From a virus (taxonomy: Duplodnaviria; Heunggongvirae; Uroviricota; Caudoviricetes), in IMG/VR virus record IMGVR_UViG_3300042401_001180: a DNA stretch of 64,000 nucleotides; one strand, 5' to 3'. The position numbers and the translations under genes were made by a program. Below the pieces are notes generated by a model, which worked only from the letters and a program-made list of their open reading frames with translations, searched no databases and was not told the DNA's origin. Below, in pieces: positions 38,974-47,504 of the stretch; within the stretch, counting starts at the first letter, position 1; each line of letters starts with the position of its first letter.

Positions 38974-41312
38974 CTAATAATTTTTCTCATAGTTCCGTCT
39001 TCATATACTTCAATGATTATACCGGTTGTATAGTTTGGATCAACCTTTTGACCCAATAAATTTACATAACCTATAATTTTGTTATCTGTAATATTCCTTG
39101 TAATTAAAATTGGTCCAAACGTTTCATATTTCCCATCAATATCAAATTGTTGTAATCTATAGTAAACAATTTCACTTAAATCGTTGTCAATATATGAATA
39201 ACGTATTTCTTCATTACTATTACCAGCAGCCGGACTTGTTGTAACAACTTTCCAGTTCTCACCATCAATACTTGATTCTAAATCAAAGTAATTTGAATTA
39301 TTTTCTGACTCTGTTGTCCAATTAATTAGATTAAACATTGGGTGTGCAACGCCCTCAAAATAAGATAACTCAACTGGTAATGGTTGTGGTGATGTAACTG
39401 AAATTCCAAATGTACCGGTCGTTCCACCATTGTATTCCCATATTCTAATATAAATCGTTTCATATTCATTAAAATCTGTTCTTGATATAAATGACATTGC
39501 TCCGTTTGGAGAACTATCGTCGTCACATTGTATTTCTACAAGTGACCCAATAGTACCCCGATATATTTCCATACCCCCATCTGTGATAACACCAGTTTGT
39601 GTATCAAAATCTAAAGAATTAATATATTGTGGAACTGTAAGTTTAAACCAAACATCTTCACCAGTATATGATGCACAAGACGGTGTTGATTCTGTTGTGG
39701 TGTTTGTTGAATATAAATTTGTATATGTTGAGTATGAAACTGTTGTCCCAATTGTTAAAGTTATTGCTCCAGATGGATTATCATTAATTGGTGGGGTTAA
39801 TGTTGTAAATGACCAAGTAGAACAACCAGTTGGTTCCCCTATTGTATTTTTTGGTACTATTTTCCAGAAATAAGTTGTTCCAGCAAGTAATGTCCCAGGA
39901 TTATATGTTGTTGATGACGTATTTGTTGTTGGCGTTCCAGGTAATGTTGTACCAAAATAAACATCATAACTTGTCGCATAAGTTGCTGTAGGCCAAGATA
40001 ATGACGGTGTTAAAGATTGATTTGTTGATAAATCAGTTGGTGATGTTGGTGAAGATATACAACTTGGAGCTGGAGGAACAATACAAGAAATTGCAGCAGC
40101 AAAACCAACATCAGTTACAGAACCATCTGAAGAGAAATTTAATGTTAATGAACCATCGGCCGCTGATGATACAATTGTTCCTGGAGATGTAGTGTAAGTT
40201 CCCATTAAAGGTGAATCAACTGAATTACCATTGTATATTTTTAAGTTATCACAACAAGTCTCAAGAGTGAAGGTACTAAACACTAATTGGATCTTATTTC
40301 CTGGGGTGGATGGGTTAATAGTTAAAATTCCATTGTTATTATTGGTATAGTTTCCTGTTCCTGCTGGATCGTAGAGGGTTCCAGAGCAAGTAGATGTAGT
40401 ATTTGTTCCTGTAGATGGTACTAAAATACAACTCAATCCTGTTACCGTTACAGATGTTGTATTATTTGATGTACTTGAAAAACTACAAGTTGTTACCACT
40501 CTATAATACATAGTTCCATTAGGTAATGTGGTGTTATATGTTGTTGATGTTGCTCCAACTACATTTGACCAAGTTGAGTTATTTGGAGAGGATTCCCATT
40601 GATAAGTTATCCCAAGACCAGAAGACAACCCATTTGCTGTTAATATTGTTGAAGTTCCACTACATTGATTATTTACTGAACTAGTAACGGTACCTGCGTT
40701 TGGTGTTCCGGTACAATTGGAAGGGGGTGTATATGTTATTCCGATATCATCAACTGCACCATAGGCGTGGGGAGTTAACCCATCACATCTAAAAGTAAAA
40801 ACCAAATTCCTTGTAGTCCCAGCATATGAATTAGGTATAGTAACGGTTTGGGATGCATATGTAGTTATTGCAACAGTTGGGTCAATAGTTGTTATAATAT
40901 CTGCGGAAGGTAAAGTACCACTGACTGGTACCGTAGATAAAAGGGTAACCCTTAAATAATCAAAAGTATTATCAACTACCGCTTGTTTGTATTTAAAAGT
41001 TAATGATATGTTAGTAGCCCCTAAAGGGATTGAAATAGAACGGTAAATATGTACAGTTCTTGATGCTGCAGTTGTTCCAACGGTTGTTGTGGAATTACCA
41101 ATAAATGCAGACCTACTTCCAGTATACCCAACTTGTCCTGTCCCACATTGCCATATTCTGGATGTTAAGGTACTTTGAACCGTTGTCCATCCGTTGGATG
41201 CAAATGTAGTACCTAATTCAAATCCACCTGCACCGGTGGGAGATAATAATGTTGTTTGACTAAAGTTAAGAAAGGAAACTAATAGTCCTAATACTAATAA
41301 TATGTTTTTCAT
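38970..41312 (-). CDS. Secreted adhesin-like protein (signal peptide, CUB and FN3-like domains) with T9SS-type C-terminal sorting region
   Basis: Signal peptide MKNILLVLGLLVSFLNFSQ; CUB (CSGTLYD...ETCCDNLKIYNG...FSSDGSV...GF); PLPVEL linker; YYRLQQFDIDG; NLLGQKV...DGTMRKII. Confidence 0.82.
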   Translation of the reverse strand: MKNILLVLGLLVSFLNFSQTTLLSPTGAGGFELGTTFASNGWTTVQSTLTSRIWQCGTGQVGYTGSRSAFIGNSTTTVGTTAASRTVHIYRSISIPLGATNISLTFKYKQAVVDNTFDYLRVTLLSTVPVSGTLPSADIITTIDPTVAITTYASQTVTIPNSYAGTTRNLVFTFRCDGLTPHAYGAVDDIGITYTPPSNCTGTPNAGTVTSSVNNQCSGTSTILTANGLSSGLGITYQWESSPNNSTWSNVVGATSTTYNTTLPNGTMYYRVVTTCSFSSTSNNTTSVTVTGLSCILVPSTGTNTTSTCSGTLYDPAGTGNYTNNNNGILTINPSTPGNKIQLVFSTFTLETCCDNLKIYNGNSVDSPLMGTYTTSPGTIVSSAADGSLTLNFSSDGSVTDVGFAAAISCIVPPAPSCISSPTSPTDLSTNQSLTPSLSWPTATYATSYDVYFGTTLPGTPTTNTSSTTYNPGTLLAGTTYFWKIVPKNTIGEPTGCSTWSFTTLTPPINDNPSGAITLTIGTTVSYSTYTNLYSTNTTTESTPSCASYTGEDVWFKLTVPQYINSLDFDTQTGVITDGGMEIYRGTIGSLVEIQCDDDSSPNGAMSFISRTDFNEYETIYIRIWEYNGGTTGTFGISVTSPQPLPVELSYFEGVAHPMFNLINWTTESENNSNYFDLESSIDGENWKVVTTSPAAGNSNEEIRYSYIDNDLSEIVYYRLQQFDIDGKYETFGPILITRNITDNKIIGYVNLLGQKVDPNYTTGIIIEVYEDGTMRKIIR

Positions 41313-41409
41313 AAATAATTGATTTTAATAATAAATACTTTGAAAAAGTTTAATTATAAAGTAAATTTTGTGTCAAATGAGCATTTAGTGGTAATAAATT
41401 ATTATTTAC

Positions 41410-41439
41410 AAAAAAAGGAGACAATTACTTGTCTCCTTT
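41410..41439 (-). terminator. Intrinsic terminator after the major capsid gene
   Basis: AAAGGAGACAA/TTGTCTCCTTT hairpin with a U-tract on the minus strand. Confidence 0.88.
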
Positions 41440-41461
41440 GTAGGTTATTTTAAAGTTTTGA

Positions 41462-43267
41462 TTATCTCAATTCTTGTAAATCAAATGTTCTAACTCCATC
41501 AACAGTAATACGTCCATAAAAACGATTGTTGACCATCTTCTTAGCGTATCTCGTCATGATACCTTTGATAGGTGTGAAGTTGAATGGGTTATACATTGTA
41601 GGTGTTAATTGTAGAGGTACATACGGAGCGTAAACGTAACCTGTGTCTAACAAAGATGAACCTTTGTGTCCGATAAGAACTTGGTTAGCTGGGAAGTATG
41701 GATCTCTATACACTTGGTAACGACCTGCTAATGTACCAACTCTTTCGATACCCATGTTGTACTGATCTTGTTCAGGAGATGCGTTAGATACGTGGAAGTA
41801 TTCTAAATCATCAAATATTGCTGAAATTTCAGAAGATACAACGATCCAGTTAGCCCCACCTCTCAAAGTAGATTTGTGGATTTGTGCTGACAATTGGTTG
41901 ATTGCTGTAATTAAAGTTTGATTCCAATCTTTTTGAGTGTAAGTCATGTTTCCTGAAATTCTTCTCCATCCGTTATAATCCCATCTTAGGTTCCAAGCCG
42001 CACCTTTTCTAAGGTCTCTCAAGATTTCTCTATCAATTTCTGCCGCCACTTGCTCAGACAATAATGCTGTTAATTCAGCTTCAGCGTCAATGTTATGGAA
42101 TGCAGAAACGTCTTGTGCTAATTCAGGTGACCATTGTGCTCTTAGTTTTCTTTCTGTAACAGATACAGTAACTGACTCAAGGTCAAAAGAAACCTCACCA
42201 ATTTTATCTTCAAATTCTAATTCTGCATATCTTCTAAATACCGCTACAAAAGAAGTACCTGAAGCACCTGAAGTAATAGTTGCTCCTGTATATCCATCTA
42301 AAGATGATGAATTACAATCAGCACATACTGGACAAGATAAATCAACTTCTAAGTAAATACATCCATTTTGGTCACAAACCTTATCATAAGATCCACCATT
42401 TCCGTTAGGGAATGTTGTTGGTGTTTGTGTGTATGTAGGAGAAACGATACCTTTACCGTATTGTTGAGTAACAACTCTAAACAATAATGGACTTGCTGTA
42501 GGGACATCACACGCTGTACTTGCATCTATAGATAAACCTGTTGATCTAATGATTTTTAAATCAGATAAGAAAGTTTCACTATCTACTTCTGAACCATCAG
42601 GACCAATTAATTTTCCAACACCATTATCATAAAAACCACACATTTTAACAATTAGTTTTCTTTGAACACCTGTTGGTGCCAACGAATCAACTAAGTTACC
42701 ATTTGACCAAACTTGGATAGTTGTAGTTGCTGTAACTGCAGTCCATGTACCTTTAGAATAGTCAAATAATCCTGGAGGATCTAATGCTGCCTCACCACCT
42801 TCATAAAATAAATCATAAAGATTTTTAGCGTAAGCGTTAGCTCCATCATAACCAGTACCTTGAGCCGCATTATAATTGGCAGAACCAATTGGTGCGTAAT
42901 GTTCATTTTGTGAAGTAACCGCCCCATTATACCCTTGGATTTTAGGTACGAAGTAGAACAATTTACCGATTGGTAAGTTCATTGCTTGTACAGAAACTAA
43001 GTCGTTAGCCAATAATTTAGAGAACACACGTCTTACGATAGGAAATACTACAGTTTCGAATGAACCTGAACTATCTGTTGACGCAGCTTCGTTAATCAAA
43101 TGTGACGCTTGGTTTTCATACAACTGCGCCATATTTTCTTTAATGTGACCTTTAAGTCCATCTAGGAACCCTAAACGATCCCATTTGTTAATTGTATCTT
43201 CTTTGATAACTTTAAGGTGTTTTAACCCGATGTTACCAACAAGACCTGATTCTAATAATGCTCCCAT
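41462..43267 (-). CDS. Major capsid protein, T4 gp23-like
   Basis: Motifs PIVRRV...VSVQAM, RKLRAQWSPELAQD, IDAEAEL..LLSE, EIDREI, YAPYVPL and GIMTRY. Confidence 0.96.
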   Translation of the reverse strand: MGALLESGLVGNIGLKHLKVIKEDTINKWDRLGFLDGLKGHIKENMAQLYENQASHLINEAASTDSSGSFETVVFPIVRRVFSKLLANDLVSVQAMNLPIGKLFYFVPKIQGYNGAVTSQNEHYAPIGSANYNAAQGTGYDGANAYAKNLYDLFYEGGEAALDPPGLFDYSKGTWTAVTATTTIQVWSNGNLVDSLAPTGVQRKLIVKMCGFYDNGVGKLIGPDGSEVDSETFLSDLKIIRSTGLSIDASTACDVPTASPLLFRVVTQQYGKGIVSPTYTQTPTTFPNGNGGSYDKVCDQNGCIYLEVDLSCPVCADCNSSSLDGYTGATITSGASGTSFVAVFRRYAELEFEDKIGEVSFDLESVTVSVTERKLRAQWSPELAQDVSAFHNIDAEAELTALLSEQVAAEIDREILRDLRKGAAWNLRWDYNGWRRISGNMTYTQKDWNQTLITAINQLSAQIHKSTLRGGANWIVVSSEISAIFDDLEYFHVSNASPEQDQYNMGIERVGTLAGRYQVYRDPYFPANQVLIGHKGSSLLDTGYVYAPYVPLQLTPTMYNPFNFTPIKGIMTRYAKKMVNNRFYGRITVDGVRTFDLQELR

Positions 43268-43293
43268 TTTTTTGGTTTTTTATTTTTTTTAGT

Positions 43294-44667
43294 TTATTTA
43301 ATTTTTGTCATCAAATCCTTCATTCTCATGAATTGAGGATTCTCATACGTTTTACTTTCTATTAAATTAGTAGACGACCCATTCTGTGGTGTTTTTGATA
43401 CTTTTCTCTCTATAGATTCTGTAAACACACCTTTATCTGATGATGTACTGTCTATTTCTGTTTTAATAGTTTTATAAAGATTTTTAGATTCTTTTAATGA
43501 TTCAACAGAATCAAATCTTCTTAAAATGTTTATTTTTTCTTGTTTTGTTGTTGTGTGTTCTGTGAACAATCTTGTAGAATATGCCAAGTTTGAATTAAAT
43601 ACCGCAACTTCATTTAATTTGTTTCTAAAGAAATCAAGAGCCTTTTTGTACTCTTCATTTTTTTCTCTTAATAAATTAAGTTCTTTAGTTACTCCTTCGT
43701 TAGTTGGTCTAACTCTCACTTTAGGTAAAGATTTTCTTTGTGGGTAATTTCTACTTCCGTTTCCTAAAGTTCTTGCCGATTCTTTAGTTTCGCCAGCTTC
43801 TTCATCATCATCTTCATCTACAAACGGATCGTAAACCATGTCATCCATTTCTTTCCATTCATTCTCTTCTTCAATATCATCTGTTTCAGTGACACCTTTT
43901 CTAAGTTTTGAAGGATACTTGAATTTCATTTTACCTACGTTACCTTTTGGTTTGAAAGATTCTCCCATTTCTAATTCGTAAACGATTCCATCTTCTTCTT
44001 CGTCGTCGTCTTCTTCGTCCCACCCTTCAGCAGTAAACGCTCCAGACTCACCACTTGTATCTGTTGGATCGGCCGATTCGTCATATTCACCATACTCTTC
44101 TCCATCATCAAAACTCAACTCATACAAAACGTTTTCATTTGTATCTGCTCTCATTGGCGTATCATCGTTATCCATACCATCCATTTGAATAATATATTCA
44201 GAATCTTTGTTATTGTCCGTTAGTCGGATGTTACCAACCTCATCTTTTTTAACAATGATTCCATCATTATCACCCATAGCCTTAAATACTTTTAATATAT
44301 CAGACATAGGTGCCTGTGTCATATCCAAAGGAGCCATAGCTTCTTGATTATCATCCTCAACTCCTGTCATAGGTGGTATACCTCCCGTAACATTCGCATC
44401 GAATTCTGTTTCATCAAAGTCCTCTACGTCGTCGTCTTCTATATCATCCTCTGTTTCATCTGTAACAGTGACATCATCTTCTTCTTGTTCGACTAATGAC
44501 TTTTTTGATTTTTTTGAACCCCCTAAAGATTCCCTTACTAATTGGCTGATTTCTTCCTTCATGGTTGAAGCAAGTATTCCTTTTGCGTTTTCATTGATAG
44601 CATCCTCTACCGCTCTCATTTGTAATAAAGCTTCCTCTACTATCGAATTATTTTTTTCCATACTCAT
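43294..44667 (-). CDS. Prohead core/scaffold protein (gp22 position)
   Basis: Highly acidic, coiled-coil, with many (I/L)xE sites; lies between protease and capsid genes. Start is 44667 or 44661. Confidence 0.75.
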   Translation of the reverse strand: MSMEKNNSIVEEALLQMRAVEDAINENAKGILASTMKEEISQLVRESLGGSKKSKKSLVEQEEDDVTVTDETEDDIEDDDVEDFDETEFDANVTGGIPPMTGVEDDNQEAMAPLDMTQAPMSDILKVFKAMGDNDGIIVKKDEVGNIRLTDNNKDSEYIIQMDGMDNDDTPMRADTNENVLYELSFDDGEEYGEYDESADPTDTSGESGAFTAEGWDEEDDDEEEDGIVYELEMGESFKPKGNVGKMKFKYPSKLRKGVTETDDIEEENEWKEMDDMVYDPFVDEDDDEEAGETKESARTLGNGSRNYPQRKSLPKVRVRPTNEGVTKELNLLREKNEEYKKALDFFRNKLNEVAVFNSNLAYSTRLFTEHTTTKQEKINILRRFDSVESLKESKNLYKTIKTEIDSTSSDKGVFTESIERKVSKTPQNGSSTNLIESKTYENPQFMRMKDLMTKIK

Positions 44668-44766
44668 AATAATAAGCAATGCATTTTGCGTTTATTTTTA
44701 TTATAAATATATAGTAGTTTGAAAAAAGTCTTTAATATTGACTTATGTTGTGATATTTTTAGGCAT

Positions 44767-44794
44767 AAAAAAAGGGTGAACCTAAATTCACCCC
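44767..44794 (-). terminator. Intrinsic terminator
   Basis: GGGTGAA/TTCACCC hairpin with a U-tract on the minus strand. Confidence 0.8.
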
Positions 44795-44810
44795 CTCACT
44801 AATTAAAAAA

Positions 44811-45020
44811 TTATTCAATTACCTCATCAATCTTACTTTCAACAATGGCAGTAATTCTCCAATCCATTGTATAAGTTTCGTAAGTTTTAGTCACCTTAGC
44901 TTCAACATCCGTTGGTGAAAAACCCTTAACTAATTTTTCCTCTTTAATTTTTTTTACTTTTCCTGTGTTTTCATCCACCATATCAGTGGTTACTCTCGCT
45001 ACAAAATACTTTTCATCCAT
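44811..45020 (-). CDS. Small protein, DUF4494-like
   Basis: YFVARV...GKVKKIKEEKLV...SPTDVEAKV. Confidence 0.6.
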   Translation of the reverse strand: MDEKYFVARVTTDMVDENTGKVKKIKEEKLVKGFSPTDVEAKVTKTYETYTMDWRITAIVESKIDEVIE

Positions 45021-45032
45021 CTCTTAATAATT

Positions 45033-45743
45033 TTATTTACCTAAATAATCGGATAATCTATTCATTAAGTCAACAGATTTACTCATAGGATTAGATGTAT
45101 TATCTATTTTTTCGTTCTCAGTTAATTTTTCTTCATACTTAGGTCTATCTTCTTTATTTAAATAAAGGTATGCTCCAGGAGTTGACGGAGAAGAAACTAA
45201 GTCAAAACAAATTAACTCAAAATCATCCTGTACTTCATTTTGTTCTCCCTTTTTAACCAATGAACCTACCCCACGAGAAGACACTCCCATAGTAACCCCT
45301 TGTCTCATCATATTAGCAGCAACATCCCCTTTTGAGGAAACAATTCCTCTTTCGTGAAAACCTGGTGTAGTTAATAATTTTATTTTACCCATTAACACAT
45401 TATCTTCCCACCATACTTCTGTAATGATATGAGCAACCCTATCTAAATCAATAAGTGACGATTCTGGGTGATTAAGTTCAGATATGGACATTCCTTTATT
45501 AATCATGTCTTTATATCTTTCGGCTTCTCTTTTTAAGATTTTCTCAGGATAAACTCTACCGTTTCTATTTGGTACTCCATATTTTTGAAGTGTTGCGTAA
45601 AATACAAATGGTTTTGAGTGGTCTAACTGACCGTAAGATTCCTTTATAACTTGACTGTTTCTATATTCATTTGGGTTAATGGTTCCAGCATCCCATTCAA
45701 CAAGAATCCCATTACCCGTATCATTTGGTCCTAATATCTTCAT
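45033..45743 (-). CDS. Prohead maturation protease, T4 gp21-like
   Basis: Motifs NRNGRVYP, ELNHP, GVSSRGVGS and FDLVSSPSTPGA. Confidence 0.95.
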   Translation of the reverse strand: MKILGPNDTGNGILVEWDAGTINPNEYRNSQVIKESYGQLDHSKPFVFYATLQKYGVPNRNGRVYPEKILKREAERYKDMINKGMSISELNHPESSLIDLDRVAHIITEVWWEDNVLMGKIKLLTTPGFHERGIVSSKGDVAANMMRQGVTMGVSSRGVGSLVKKGEQNEVQDDFELICFDLVSSPSTPGAYLYLNKEDRPKYEEKLTENEKIDNTSNPMSKSVDLMNRLSDYLGK

Positions 45744-45763
45744 AATCTTTTTTATGATAAATA

Positions 45764-46213
45764 TTATATACTTATCGTTTCTTTCGTTTTTGTCTTACTT
45801 AATGTGAAATACTTTGAATTTTTTAAGTCGTCTTTATAAATTGACTGTAATATTTTTTTAATTTTACTTCTTAAAATAAGAGATTTAAAGTTTATCGTTT
45901 GGTTGTGGACAAATAAGGTAATCTCAAGATTTAAAAAACTTTTTTTATTCTTTTGTATTCCGCTTGTTCTTAAATCTAAATCAACAATGTATTTTTTTTC
46001 AAAAGTGGTTGGTTCGGCAACTTCTAATAGTGTGTGTAATATTTGTCTTTTAAGTTCTCCTGTGATTTTGTTCCAGTTATCTTGTTCTGTAATCGGCTCA
46101 ATCCATGTCTGTAAGACAATATAAATTGATTTTAAATTTTTTGAGTCCACTGTTCCGTAGTGGCACTTTGCTTCATCAAATATGTTTAATTTTGATGTTT
46201 TTCCTTTTTTCAT
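45764..46213 (-). CDS. Hypothetical protein
   Basis: 149-aa ORF. Confidence 0.78.
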   Translation of the reverse strand: MKKGKTSKLNIFDEAKCHYGTVDSKNLKSIYIVLQTWIEPITEQDNWNKITGELKRQILHTLLEVAEPTTFEKKYIVDLDLRTSGIQKNKKSFLNLEITLFVHNQTINFKSLILRSKIKKILQSIYKDDLKNSKYFTLSKTKTKETISI

Positions 46214-46320
46214 TTTTCATGACTTACAAGTTTATTGTTTTAACAAGTATAATAAAACTTTTTTGCTTGTCAAAAAATGAAAAATCTACGTATATTTATA
46301 TTGTAAAAAGAAAAAAAAAT

Positions 46321-46509
46321 ATGATAGTAGTACCAGTTAAAAATGAAAAATCAATTGAGCAAGCGTTAAAGGCTTATAAGCTTAAGATATATAAAACAAA
46401 ACAAATACAAAAATTACAAGAAAGAAAGGAATACAAAAAACCCTCCGTTAAACAGAGGGATATAATACAAAAGGCTAAGTTTATTCAAAAGAATTATTCT
46501 GCTGATTGA
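46321..46509 (+). CDS. rpsU: Ribosomal protein bS21 (Bacteroidota type)
   Basis: MIVVPVK...SIEQALKAYK.K...L.ERKEYKKPSVKQR...KAKFIQ; 62 aa; TATTTAT at 46293. Confidence 0.9.
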   Translation: MIVVPVKNEKSIEQALKAYKLKIYKTKQIQKLQERKEYKKPSVKQRDIIQKAKFIQKNYSAD

Positions 46510-46760
46510 TCCTCTTTTTTAGTTACTTCTTTTTTACCAAAAATCTTTTCAGTTGAGGTTAACCCTAAACAACCGAATGCTAACATCGCAACCGCATTAA
46601 CTAACGTATCTGAAGGTTTAATATCTCCGTGAGAATAACTATTAACATATAGAGTAATACAAAGGGATACTCCACATAATATACCAATAAATCGTTTAGA
46701 TGATGAATTACCGTTAGAGTCCTTGAATAATCCTCCAATACCCGACATTAATTTTTTCAT
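46494..46760 (-). CDS. Two-TM membrane protein (holin-like candidate)
   Basis: SSKRF followed by two hydrophobic helices and a charged tail. Confidence 0.6.
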   Translation of the reverse strand: MKKLMSGIGGLFKDSNGNSSSKRFIGILCGVSLCITLYVNSYSHGDIKPSDTLVNAVAMLAFGCLGLTSTEKIFGKKEVTKKEDQSAE

Positions 46761-47485
46761 AGTCCCAAATTTAATTTTCTTAGTTTATATAAATTATAAT
46801 GATCATATTTTGTATCATTAACTTTATTTATCGTGTTTTGTATAGCACTAGATAAATCACTATCTTTTGATTCATTTAATGTTAGTTTTAATTTTGAATT
46901 AACAGATTCCTTTAAACTATCAATTTCTTTTTTTAATTCATTTTTATTTAAAGATGTGATTGTTTTTAACGATTCTTTATCCGATTCAGTTAAATTTGAA
47001 AGTTCTTTAGAAAGTGTCTTATTAGCTATACTTAACATAGTTTTTAAAGGTAAGTTAACACTTTCTTTAATTTCTTGTTTTTCCTCACTTATTAGTGTGG
47101 TTTTAATTTTTGTTTTAGATTCTAAAACAGTTTCTAACTCTTTTATGGAATTCAAGTAAATCGTATTATCGATATCTTTATAATTACTATTAGTGTCTCC
47201 AACAATACTTGTAATCCACTTATCTATATTATGTAAAGTGTTTTTGTTTGACTCAATCAATATTTGACCGTACTCAATACTTTCGTTTACGTAATCATCA
47301 ACAATATCTTTAGGTAACCCTTTTTTTTCAGATAAATCATCATATATGTAATATAATTCTGCAATATCCTTATTCTCTAGAACCACAGTATTTAATTGAT
47401 TTATGAACCCTTTAAATGATGGTTTGCCATACAACTCAATAGATGCTTTTTCTATTTTTGTTTTTATTTTTCCAAATGTATTCAT
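46757..47485 (-). CDS. Hypothetical head-module protein rich in (I/L/V)xES sites
   Basis: VNES, LIES, IKES, LTES, LKES and LNES; lies downstream of the portal gene. Confidence 0.75.
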   Translation of the reverse strand: MNTFGKIKTKIEKASIELYGKPSFKGFINQLNTVVLENKDIAELYYIYDDLSEKKGLPKDIVDDYVNESIEYGQILIESNKNTLHNIDKWITSIVGDTNSNYKDIDNTIYLNSIKELETVLESKTKIKTTLISEEKQEIKESVNLPLKTMLSIANKTLSKELSNLTESDKESLKTITSLNKNELKKEIDSLKESVNSKLKLTLNESKDSDLSSAIQNTINKVNDTKYDHYNLYKLRKLNLGL

Positions 47486-47504
47486 GTCTTTTTAATAATA
47501 AATA

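Noticed and set aside
44702-44709. Canonical T4 TATAAATA late promoters on the plus strand (also 53486, 54298, 57525, 60330, 62586)
   Set aside because: At 44702, 53486 and 54298 there is no plus-strand gene to drive, and the plus-strand genes at the other sites have host-type promoters. The consistent orientation is TATTTAT on the coding strand.
46105-46320. N-terminal extension of the 134-aa ORF 46105..46509
   Set aside because: It overlaps the 45764..46213 gene on the other strand, and bS21 similarity begins at ATG 46321 after a promoter motif.
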